Source: an uncultured Arenicella sp.
Lineage (GTDB): Bacteria > Pseudomonadota > Gammaproteobacteria > Arenicellales > Arenicellaceae
Assembly (NCBI GenBank): GCA_947499305.1
Contig: CANMNN010000016.1
Location: 8,614 to 72,613 of the forward strand
DNA length: 64,000 nucleotides
Direction: 5' to 3'
Shown: piece after piece, positions 1 through 8,236 of the stretch
Layout of the letters: each line of letters begins with the position of its first letter
How positions within the stretch are numbered: position 1 is the first letter of the stretch
Notes under the pieces: model-generated
The model's database searches: none
What the model was told of the DNA's origin: nothing
What the model saw: only the letters and a program-made list of their open reading frames with translations
Translations under genes and position numbers: made by a program

Positions 1-2
1 GC

Positions 3-1163
3 GATTATTTATTCACCTCAGAATCTGTCTCTGAAGGCCATCCTGACAAAGTAGCGGATCAAATCTCTGATACCGTTCTCGATTATTTGTTGGAAGAAGA
101 CAGCGCTTCACGCGTTGCTTGTGAAACTCTAGTAAATACTGGTTTGGTCGTTTTATCCGGCGAAATTACCAGTAATCGTAGCCTTGATGGCGTCACTGAA
201 CGAGTGCGCGAAACCATTAAGGAGATAGGCTATGTTGGTTCTGAAATGGGCTTTGATTATCGCAGTTGTGCAGTAATGATGTCGCTTGACCGTCAGTCGC
301 CAGATATCGCTCAAGGTGTGAATGAAGGAGAAGGCATTGACCTTGATCAAGGCGCTGGCGACCAAGGCTTGATGTTTGGTTATGCTTGTACTGAAACTGA
401 TGTGCTAATGCCAATGCCGGTTGAGTACTCGCATCGCCTCGTTAAAAAGCAGTCTGAAGTTAGAAAAAGTGGGCAACTAGCTTGGTTGCGCCCGGACGCA
501 AAATCGCAAGTGACAGTTCGTTACGAAAATGGCAAACCAGCTGCGATAGATACCGTTGTTTTGTCAACTCAACATGACGAGTCGATCTCGCAAAATGATC
601 TAGTTGAAGCGGTTATCGAAGAAATTATTAAGCCTGTTTTACCGGCGGATATGATCAGCGGTGATACTAAGTTCTTGGTTAACCCCACAGGCCGCTTTGT
701 AATTGGCGGGCCGGTAGGTGATTGCGGCATTACAGGTCGCAAAATTATCGTAGATACCTATGGTGGTGCTGCGCATCACGGTGGTGGTGCTTTCTCTGGT
801 AAAGACCCGTCTAAGGTTGATCGCTCGGCGGCATACGCTGGCCGTTATGTGGCGAAAAATGTGGTTGCAGCAGGTCTCGCAGATCGTTGCGAGGTGCAAG
901 TAGCATACGCGATTGGTGTTGCTAAGCCGGTGAGTTTGATGGTGAACACGTTTGGTACCGCAAAAATCGAAGAATCTAAAATTGAAGCTTTGGTTGCTGA
1001 GCATTTTGACCTTCGTCCGAAAGCGATTATTCAAACGCTTGATTTGCTTCGGCCAATTTATAAAAATTCAGCGGCTTATGGCCACTTTGGTCGTACTGAG
1101 CCTGAGTTTACTTGGGAAGCCACAGACAAAGCCGATGCGTTACGCGCGGCGGCTGGTTTATAA
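3..1163 (+). CDS. metK: S-adenosylmethionine synthetase (5' end just outside the window)
   Basis: The frame is open from nt 3 ([23 protein letters not shown]), upstream of the ORF-track start at 87. MAT signatures GAGDQG and [16 protein letters not shown] are present. Confidence 0.98.
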   Translation, partial: DYLFTSESVSEGHPDKVADQISDTVLDYLLEEDSASRVACETLVNTGLVVLSGEITSNRSLDGVTERVRETIKEIGYVGSEMGFDYRSCAVMMSLDRQSPDIAQGVNEGEGIDLDQGAGDQGLMFGYACTETDVLMPMPVEYSHRLVKKQSEVRKSGQLAWLRPDAKSQVTVRYENGKPAAIDTVVLSTQHDESISQNDLVEAVIEEIIKPVLPADMISGDTKFLVNPTGRFVIGGPVGDCGITGRKIIVDTYGGAAHHGGGAFSGKDPSKVDRSAAYAGRYVAKNVVAAGLADRCEVQVAYAIGVAKPVSLMVNTFGTAKIEESKIEALVAEHFDLRPKAIIQTLDLLRPIYKNSAAYGHFGRTEPEFTWEATDKADALRAAAGL

Positions 1164-1189
1164 GAGCAAGCTTTTAAATTAGTAAAAAC

Positions 1190-1220
1190 AAAAAAGACGA
1201 CTCAATGAGTCGTCTTTTTT
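1190..1220. terminator. Bidirectional intrinsic terminator
   Basis: AAAAAAGACGACTC-AAT-GAGTCGTCTTTTTT perfect inverted repeat with A/T tails, between convergent metK and the AI-2E gene. Confidence 0.9.
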
Positions 1221-1251
1221 ATGTCTATTCTAATTTCATTGAGCAACAGTT

Positions 1252-2340
1252 CTAGTCCATTTTTTCGAGTTTTTCTTGTGTGTGTTTTGCAAATTTTAAG
1301 CTCCCATCACCTGATAGCAATACCGCTATATATCTAGTTTTTTCAAAGTGAGCGAAGATAATCAGCAAGATAACCGTAATCGGCACACTCAAGAAAGCTC
1401 CCGCAATGCCCCATATGCTGCCCCAAAGGGTTAAGCTCATCATTACTACAAACGGGCTGACATTCAGTGTGTTGCCCATCAATTTAGGCTCTAAAACGTT
1501 ACCAACTACAACTTGAATAGAACCAACTGCAGCCAAAACAATAAAAAATGGGCCGAAGGTATCAAATTGGATAAGCGCTAGCATCGCTGGAAAAAGAGTC
1601 GCGATAATCGAGCCAATGGTTGGTATAAAGTTCAACATAAAGATAGTGAACGCCCAAAAAATAGCAAAATCAACACCGACAGCACGAAGTACGAAATAAC
1701 TGATTACCCCGGTAAGGCCACTTGTTAGGGTTTTTATCCAAAGGTAGGTTTGGATGTCTTCTTGCGCGTGCGACAAAATGCTCATCACCGAATCGCGCTT
1801 TTCTTGGTTCGGGAAAATCTCTCGTATCTTCTTTTTAAACGTACCTTGTTCAGCAAGCATGAACGCAACGTAGATTAGTACCAAGGAAATTTTGCCGATC
1901 ATCGCAACAATGGTATCGGTTAAGCCGCTGATAACCGGCGCAGGTTTGATTCCACTAATTACCTCGCCCATATTTGGCATGCGTTCGAGAATCGACGGTG
2001 GAAGCATCGAGCTGATCTTTAGGGAAAGGCCTGCAAAATTCTCGCGGTATTTTGGTATGGCTGCTTTAACTTCGAGCACATTGGTTTGCACCATGTCGAC
2101 GGCGAGCGCCATAAAAAGACCAATAGTGATAATTGATAACACCATGCTCAACCAATTTGGTTCATCAGCCCAAGGCATAAGTTTCACGAAGCTACGACTC
2201 ATCGCGTTTATGACATACCAAAGCATTAGCGCTACCGCTAATGGAACTAAAAACTCTTGCCCAACAACCATTACGTAGAACACAGCTATGGTGCTCAAAA
2301 TCATGAGTGAAGTTGAAATGGTGCGGTTGTCTATATCCAT
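1252..2340 (-). CDS. AI-2E family transporter (PerM/TqsA-like)
   Basis: Multi-TM protein with family motifs LNFIPTIGS, GNVLEPKLMG and LWGSIWGIAGAFLSVP. Confidence 0.9.
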   Translation of the reverse strand: MDIDNRTISTSLMILSTIAVFYVMVVGQEFLVPLAVALMLWYVINAMSRSFVKLMPWADEPNWLSMVLSIITIGLFMALAVDMVQTNVLEVKAAIPKYRENFAGLSLKISSMLPPSILERMPNMGEVISGIKPAPVISGLTDTIVAMIGKISLVLIYVAFMLAEQGTFKKKIREIFPNQEKRDSVMSILSHAQEDIQTYLWIKTLTSGLTGVISYFVLRAVGVDFAIFWAFTIFMLNFIPTIGSIIATLFPAMLALIQFDTFGPFFIVLAAVGSIQVVVGNVLEPKLMGNTLNVSPFVVMMSLTLWGSIWGIAGAFLSVPITVILLIIFAHFEKTRYIAVLLSGDGSLKFAKHTQEKLEKMD

Positions 2341-2584
2341 GAAATCCTATGAGAAATTTTCTTAACTCTAATATCTAAACTCTAATAGTAAGGGCGATTA
2401 GTGGCTCGAACAAGAGAGTGAAGGTGCTTAGTACTCTTATTCAACCCTGAGAAACATTAACACTAGTTGACACTTAAGGCGTAGACTATAAATGTCAGGG
2501 TGATAGCTTAGAGGCTTCAGGTGGATGGGCTGACATGGCTGTCATCACCCTGCTAAACATAAAAACAGATCGGGGATCTAAACC

Positions 2585-4138
2585 ATGAAATATTACAAAA
2601 AAGCTGGACTAATAAGCCTTGTAGGCGCGACAGTTGCACTGAGCGGTTGCAGCACTACAGGCAATACTGCGAGCGTAAGCACTGCCACAGATTCGACTCG
2701 AATCGCGGAACTAGACCGACGAGCGGCTGAACTGGATGCTAGAGAAGCTCAATTGAATGCTCGTGCTTCTGCTGACACAAGCGGCTCGCCGAGCGATGTG
2801 GCTAGAGTTGGCGATTTATTGCCGCCGAACGCTGCACCGGGTGAATGTTATGCCCGCGTATGGGTTGATGCTGAATACACAACTCGCGATGAGCAGGTTC
2901 TTGTTTCTCAAGCAAGCAAGAAAATCAAAGTTATCCCGGCTCGGTATGAGCCTGCGACTCAAACGGTAGAAGTTAGCGCGGCATCAACTCGAATTGAAAC
3001 AACGCCAGCGGTGTACGGTAAAGAGACCGAGACTATTAAGATTAGAGACGCGCAACGTGTTTGGCGTGTGGACAGTGCTTTGAAGTCAGCTCCAGCAAGC
3101 AATGCGTTGTTGGCGGCGGCAAAAGCTCATGGAATTGATTTAAATTCAGCGAGTGTCGGTATGTGTTTTCACGAACACTATGTACCTGAGAGCTATAAAA
3201 CGGTTTCTGAAAAAGTCCTAACACGCGCAGCTACAGAGAGCGTGTCGGTTGTGCCAGCGCAGTATGAAATGGTTGAAGAACGTGTACTAGTGAAAGAAGC
3301 ATCTACTAAGTTGGTGAACATTCCAGCCGAATATGGCGTTGAGGAAGAGCAAATTATCGACAAGCCTGCACATACGATTTGGAAGAAAGGTACTGGTCCG
3401 ATCCAACGTATTGACGAAGCCACTGGCGAGATCATGTGTTTGGTTGAAGTTCCTGCCACTTATAAAACTGTTAAGCGTACGGTGTTAAAGTCGCCGGCAA
3501 GAACAGAAACGGTAGCGGTGCCAGCAGAGTATCGTACAGTTAAGGTTCGTAAGCTGGTGAGCGCGGCTCAAGAGAATCGCACGCCAATAGCCGCTGAGTA
3601 TGGCGAAGTAGAGCGTCAAGTGGTTGATCAAGCAGCCGGCTTCGTATGGCATGAGATCAGTAACACTGAGCATCCTACTACTACTCGTACTGGAAACAAG
3701 ATTTGCTTAACAGAGAGCAAGCCAGAGTTTAAGACAGTTACACGAACTGTAGTAACCCAAGCTGCTCAAAGTCGCACTATTGAGATACCAGCTAAGTTTA
3801 AAGAAGTTAAAGTCGATAAACTTGTTTCAGCTGCACGTGAGGAAGTAACTGAAATTCCTGCAAAATATCGCACAGTTCAAAAGCGAGAGTTAGTGAAAGA
3901 CGGTTACATGGCATGGCGTTCTATTTTGTGTGAAACAAATATGACTCGCTCGCGCATCGCAGATTTACAGCGTGCTTTGCAAAAAGCAGGTCATGATATT
4001 GGTGCCAATGGTGCTGATGGAGTGATTGGCGCTCAAACTATTGCGGCCGTGAATGATTTTCAACGGGCTAATAATTTACCGGTTGATCGATATATTAATA
4101 TTGCCACTTTGAAAGCTCTAGGCGTATCGGCTAAGTAG
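2585..4138 (+). CDS. Repetitive lipoprotein with C-terminal peptidoglycan-binding (PG_binding_1-like) domain
   Basis: Lipobox LSGC at C22; many V-x-V-x-PA-x-Y-x-TV repeats; C-terminal LQRALQKAGHDIG...DGVIGAQTIAAVNDFQRANNL. Confidence 0.85.
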   Translation: MKYYKKAGLISLVGATVALSGCSTTGNTASVSTATDSTRIAELDRRAAELDAREAQLNARASADTSGSPSDVARVGDLLPPNAAPGECYARVWVDAEYTTRDEQVLVSQASKKIKVIPARYEPATQTVEVSAASTRIETTPAVYGKETETIKIRDAQRVWRVDSALKSAPASNALLAAAKAHGIDLNSASVGMCFHEHYVPESYKTVSEKVLTRAATESVSVVPAQYEMVEERVLVKEASTKLVNIPAEYGVEEEQIIDKPAHTIWKKGTGPIQRIDEATGEIMCLVEVPATYKTVKRTVLKSPARTETVAVPAEYRTVKVRKLVSAAQENRTPIAAEYGEVERQVVDQAAGFVWHEISNTEHPTTTRTGNKICLTESKPEFKTVTRTVVTQAAQSRTIEIPAKFKEVKVDKLVSAAREEVTEIPAKYRTVQKRELVKDGYMAWRSILCETNMTRSRIADLQRALQKAGHDIGANGADGVIGAQTIAAVNDFQRANNLPVDRYINIATLKALGVSAK

Positions 4139-4166
4139 TATTTAGCAATAGAAGTAGTTGTTATCG

Positions 4167-4196
4167 AGAGGTCGGCATTTGCCGGCCTCTTTTTTT
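4167..4196 (+). terminator. Intrinsic terminator
   Basis: AGAGGTCGGCA-TT-TGCCGGCCTCT hairpin (one G-U pair) followed by a T run. Confidence 0.85.
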
Positions 4197-4298
4197 CGTG
4201 TCGTAGAGTTCAAATTTTAGATGAAGTTTTGCTCACGAAGAATATTCGAGAAAACCATACTTTAAGCGATACATTTAGTTAATTGCTATACTCAACCT

Positions 4299-4559
4299 AT
4301 GTCGGAGCAAGCGTCAAGCATTCTAATTATTATTGGCAGTTTGCTGATTCTATATGGCACGGCCCGTCTAATTTATATAAATCATCCAAACCCGCAAAAT
4401 GTGAACCTCGTAAACTGGATGTTTACAGGCGGGATCATTCAGCTTGTTCTTGGCTTGATGAGAGGTTTTACAAATATAGTGCGGCTAATCTTTGACGCAA
4501 ATGCTATAGCGACTCTGGCAATCGTATTTGGCATCGGCCTAATGGCCATAGCGCTTTAA
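4299..4559 (+). CDS. Small inner-membrane protein (3 predicted TM segments)
   Basis: 86-aa ORF with three hydrophobic stretches; fills the gap between the terminator and apt. Confidence 0.6.
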   Translation: MSEQASSILIIIGSLLILYGTARLIYINHPNPQNVNLVNWMFTGGIIQLVLGLMRGFTNIVRLIFDANAIATLAIVFGIGLMAIAL

Positions 4560-4641
4560 GCTGTTCAGTTGTAAAATGTAATGCTGTGCGACATGGGCTG
4601 GTTTTATCGCCAGCTGATACAACCTACTATTTCAAAAAATC

Positions 4642-5154
4642 GTGAACCTAAAAGACCTCATCCGCAATATTCCAGACTTTCCTAAACCTGGCATTCAGTT
4701 CAAAGACATTGAGTCGATTGTCGAAAATCCCGATGCATTTTCATACGTGATCGAGCAGTTTGCAGCGGCCATGGAATCGCATCAGGTTGATAAAATCCTC
4801 GCGCTTGATGCGCGAGGATTTCTATTTGGCGCGGCTTTGGCACACCATAAAAAAGTGCCTTTGGTGATGGCCCGTAAAAAGGGAAAGTTGGCGGGCGAGT
4901 GTGTATCTGAGAGTTACGCGCTTGAGTATGGCGATGCCGAAGTCGAACTTCAGAAGACAGCTGTTTCATCGGGCGATAGAGTATTAATTATCGATGACTT
5001 GCTCGCGACAGGCGGTACGGCGAAAGCGGCCGCCAATTTAGTATCTAAGGTAGGGGGGGTGGTCGCTCTGTTTGCTTTTGTTATCGAGCTTGATGGTTTG
5101 AATGGTCGCAAGCAATTGGGTGACACTGATATTCTTTCGCTTGTTCAGTTTTAG
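4642..5154 (+). CDS. apt: Adenine phosphoribosyltransferase
   Basis: IRNIPDFPKPGIQFKDI, ALEYG, and PRPP motif VLIIDDLLATGGTA. Confidence 0.97.
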   Translation: MNLKDLIRNIPDFPKPGIQFKDIESIVENPDAFSYVIEQFAAAMESHQVDKILALDARGFLFGAALAHHKKVPLVMARKKGKLAGECVSESYALEYGDAEVELQKTAVSSGDRVLIIDDLLATGGTAKAAANLVSKVGGVVALFAFVIELDGLNGRKQLGDTDILSLVQF

Positions 5155-5187
5155 GAATGTCTGTTATTTAGAGATCGCCTAGCTGTT

Positions 5188-5943
5188 TTACGCGGCCGCC
5201 ACTTGCCATAATAATCGAAGCGCAAGCGCACTTAGCAAAACCTTTAGCACTAATTGAAAACGTTGCTCATTGATATTTAGCAGCACAGATTTACCGATCA
5301 TTGTGCCAATCAGCCCAGCGCACACCATCAAAGCCATTAAGCCTAAATAGGGTTCAAACACGAAGCCTAGGGACATAAAGACGATTACCTTTAAGAGATG
5401 TTGCAGCACTAAAAATGCCGCACTACTTGCCACTAATGTCAGTCTGTCGAGCTTAAATGCGCGAAGTAACGCCAGAACAAACGGGCCAGTTGCGCCCACA
5501 AACATGGTTAAAAAGGTGGTAATAGCGCCGCCTATCGTTAATACAAATGTATTGCTCGGCAAGCTCCATTTCTGCGGCATCCAAACGCTATAAAGAATAA
5601 ATAGAGCGAGTATTACGCGCAGTATTTCTATCGGCAGTTTGATCACGAGTTGACCACCAATAAGAGCCCCGATTAGGCTACCTGCGGCAAAGTAAGCAAA
5701 GAGCTTCCAAGAGATGTGTTTTGAGAGCATCACCGCACGGCCGCTGTTTGAGCCGACCTGAATCACCGCATGAACCGGGATTACTGCATTGATTGGCAGA
5801 GCCTGTGCCAATACTGCTAGCATGATCATTCCGCCGCCGATGCCAATTGACGCGGTGATAAATGAGCTAAGCGCACTGATGCCGATCAAGAACGCAAAGC
5901 CAAGGCTATCTAGAGAAGTAGGGGGGCTAAAGAATTCGAGCAT
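5188..5943 (-). CDS. Sulfite exporter TauE/SafE family membrane protein
   Basis: About 8 TM segments, GIGGG motif and GATGP motif in the second repeat. Confidence 0.85.
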   Translation of the reverse strand: MLEFFSPPTSLDSLGFAFLIGISALSSFITASIGIGGGMIMLAVLAQALPINAVIPVHAVIQVGSNSGRAVMLSKHISWKLFAYFAAGSLIGALIGGQLVIKLPIEILRVILALFILYSVWMPQKWSLPSNTFVLTIGGAITTFLTMFVGATGPFVLALLRAFKLDRLTLVASSAAFLVLQHLLKVIVFMSLGFVFEPYLGLMALMVCAGLIGTMIGKSVLLNINEQRFQLVLKVLLSALALRLLWQVAAA

Positions 5944-6083
5944 CTATGTGTTTAATTGACTCTGCAAAAAACCTAACTGGGTTAGTTGGTTTGTTATCGC
6001 TACAAGCAAAGAGTTGAGCGAACCAATGTGGGGCTGCATCTATTCAGTGATACTATATTAACGTAACCTTTTTATTGTGACTC

Positions 6084-7916
6084 ATGTTTAAGTTTTTTGA
6101 AAAAGCCGTCGACCCTTTTGCCAACGACCCCGTCGAGCAACCTCCTGCGAGTTTGTTGAAATTTGTTTGGCACTACGCTAAACCGTTTCGATTTTTACTA
6201 TTTGGCTTATTGATAACCTCAGCGCTGATTTCAGGCATCGAGGTGTATATGTTTCATGCAATCGGCAACATGATCGATTGGATGCAAGTAAGTGACCCTT
6301 CGACCTTTTTCGAAGTCTACGGGCAAGATCTGATTTTGGTTTCGCTATTGATCTTGGTTCTTTGGCCAGCACTTACCCTGTTGGATTCAGCGCTAGAGCA
6401 TCAAGGCCTGCTGGGCAATTTCGCAATGCAGATTAGATGGCGAGCTCATCGCTATTTATTAGAGCAATCCACTACATTTTATGCCAACGATTTTGCTGGA
6501 CGCATTGCTACCAAAGTAATGCAAACCGCGCTCAGTGTTCGAGACTCGATTGTCAGCATCAATGGTCTGGTAGTCTATGTCGTGGTGTATTTCACCAGTG
6601 CGTTGGTGATCTTTATTAGTAGTGATCTGCGCTTAGCCTTGCCGTTAATTGCGTGGCTAGTCGCTTATGCGTTTGTGATGCGGAGATTTTTACCGCGATT
6701 AAAACAAGTGTCGGCCGAACAATCTGACGCTCGGTCGCTTATGACCGGTAGAGTGGTCGACGCTTACAGTAATATTCAAACCGTTAAGATGTTTTCTTCT
6801 AGTAGCGCGGAGCAAGACTATGCAAAGGAGAGCATGCAGATCATGCTCGACAGTGTCTATAAGCAAATGCGTTTGGTCACTAAGCTAAACACCACATTGG
6901 TAACTCTAAATGCCTTATTAATTTGCTCAACCATGGGCTTTGGTGTTTGGCTTTGGACCGAATCAATTGTCAGTGCTGGTGCAATTGCTGTCGCCGGAGC
7001 GCTAACCTTACGCCTGCAAGCTATGAGTCAATGGTTCATATGGGAGCTAGCGCGTTTATTTGAGTCCATCGGCACCACTCAAGATGGCATGGCGACCATC
7101 GCACAAGAAAAGTTAGTTGAAGACAATGCTCAGGCGCCTGACTTACTCGTGCCGAATGGCCAGATCAGTTTTGACGACGTTCATTTTCACTATGGCAAGG
7201 GTGGCGGTGTTATCAACGGTTTTTCCTTGGATATAAAGGCTGGTGAGCGCGTTGGAATTGTTGGCCGGTCTGGTGCGGGTAAATCGACCTTGGTGAATTT
7301 GCTATTGCGTTTATACGACCTTGAGAGAGGGGCGATACGAATAGATGGCCAAGATATTTCAACCGTGAGCCAAGATAGCTTGCGGCATCAAATCGCCATG
7401 GTTACGCAAGATACTTCATTGTTGCACCGTACCATTAAAGAGAACATTGCCTATGGGCGGCCAGCTGCAACGGAGGCCGAGCTCATTGAAGCCATTGCCA
7501 TGGCAAAGGCAGATGATTTCGTCGATGAGCTACAAGACAGTGAGGGTAATCATGGTCTAGATGCGAAGGTCGGCGAGCGAGGTGTAAAGCTTTCAGGCGG
7601 CCAACGCCAGCGCATTGCGATTGCGAGAGTGATACTTAAAAACGCACCAATTCTGGTATTAGATGAGGCTACCTCCGCGCTCGATTCAGAAGTAGAAGCG
7701 GCAATTCAAGGGCAACTAGAACAGCTAATGGAAGGTAAAACCGTCGTGGCAATTGCGCATCGTTTATCAACAATCGCGAAAATGGATAGATTAATCGTAA
7801 TTGATAATGGCGGCATTGCTGAGCAAGGAACGCATGCTGAGCTCATTGAAGCGGGCGGGGTTTATGCGGGACTTTGGAGTCGGCAGTCGGGCGGTTTTAT
7901 CGGAGATCAAACCTAA
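6084..7916 (+). CDS. ABC exporter, fused permease/ATPase (MdlB-like)
   Basis: N-terminal TM domain; Walker A GRSGAGKST, signature LSGGQRQR, Walker B ILVLDEATS, H-loop IAHRLST. Confidence 0.95.
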   Translation: MFKFFEKAVDPFANDPVEQPPASLLKFVWHYAKPFRFLLFGLLITSALISGIEVYMFHAIGNMIDWMQVSDPSTFFEVYGQDLILVSLLILVLWPALTLLDSALEHQGLLGNFAMQIRWRAHRYLLEQSTTFYANDFAGRIATKVMQTALSVRDSIVSINGLVVYVVVYFTSALVIFISSDLRLALPLIAWLVAYAFVMRRFLPRLKQVSAEQSDARSLMTGRVVDAYSNIQTVKMFSSSSAEQDYAKESMQIMLDSVYKQMRLVTKLNTTLVTLNALLICSTMGFGVWLWTESIVSAGAIAVAGALTLRLQAMSQWFIWELARLFESIGTTQDGMATIAQEKLVEDNAQAPDLLVPNGQISFDDVHFHYGKGGGVINGFSLDIKAGERVGIVGRSGAGKSTLVNLLLRLYDLERGAIRIDGQDISTVSQDSLRHQIAMVTQDTSLLHRTIKENIAYGRPAATEAELIEAIAMAKADDFVDELQDSEGNHGLDAKVGERGVKLSGGQRQRIAIARVILKNAPILVLDEATSALDSEVEAAIQGQLEQLMEGKTVVAIAHRLSTIAKMDRLIVIDNGGIAEQGTHAELIEAGGVYAGLWSRQSGGFIGDQT

Positions 7917-7969
7917 GTCTATAATTTAAAAGAGTAAATCGATAAAATGATACTGTAAAAACATTTCTC

Positions 7970-7999
7970 TTGAATATCTGCTTGGCTTTTCTGTACACT
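7970..7999 (+). promoter_or_regulatory. Candidate sigma70 promoter
   Basis: TTGAAT-18 nt-TACACT, about 237 nt upstream of the 8237 start. Confidence 0.4.
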
Positions 8000-8236
8000 A
8001 GTCTAGCGCTTCGTCGGCTGTATTCAGTTCTGAAACCTGCATCCGGGTAATGGGTTTTACTTTGCTGTATTGCTCACTCTTTATTGAGTGGATCAAGCTT
8101 AATCTGTACAACGATACCGGCCTATAAAACTTGTCTACGTTCAGCTTGAAGTGACACTGTTGGCAAAAGCGAAAGGGTCGCGGCTTAAAAAAGTCTGCGT
8201 GCCCGCTATACCGATAATAATAACCCTGCTGTCATT

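Noticed and set aside
639-1034. Antisense and alternate-frame ORFs inside metK, and similar short ORFs within xylB, xylA, the transporter and prnB-like genes
   Set aside because: They overlap well-supported genes entirely and show no motifs or RBS.
2467-2492. TTGACA followed by TATAAA
   Set aside because: The spacer is only 14 nt, so it is not a canonical sigma70 promoter and I did not call it.
8032-8056. GAAACCTGCATCCGGGTAATGGG resembles the TPP riboswitch segment AACCTGATCCGGGTAATG
   Set aside because: The 5' half (GGG...CTGAGA) and the 3' GCGTAGG are missing, and the downstream gene is unrelated to thiamine.
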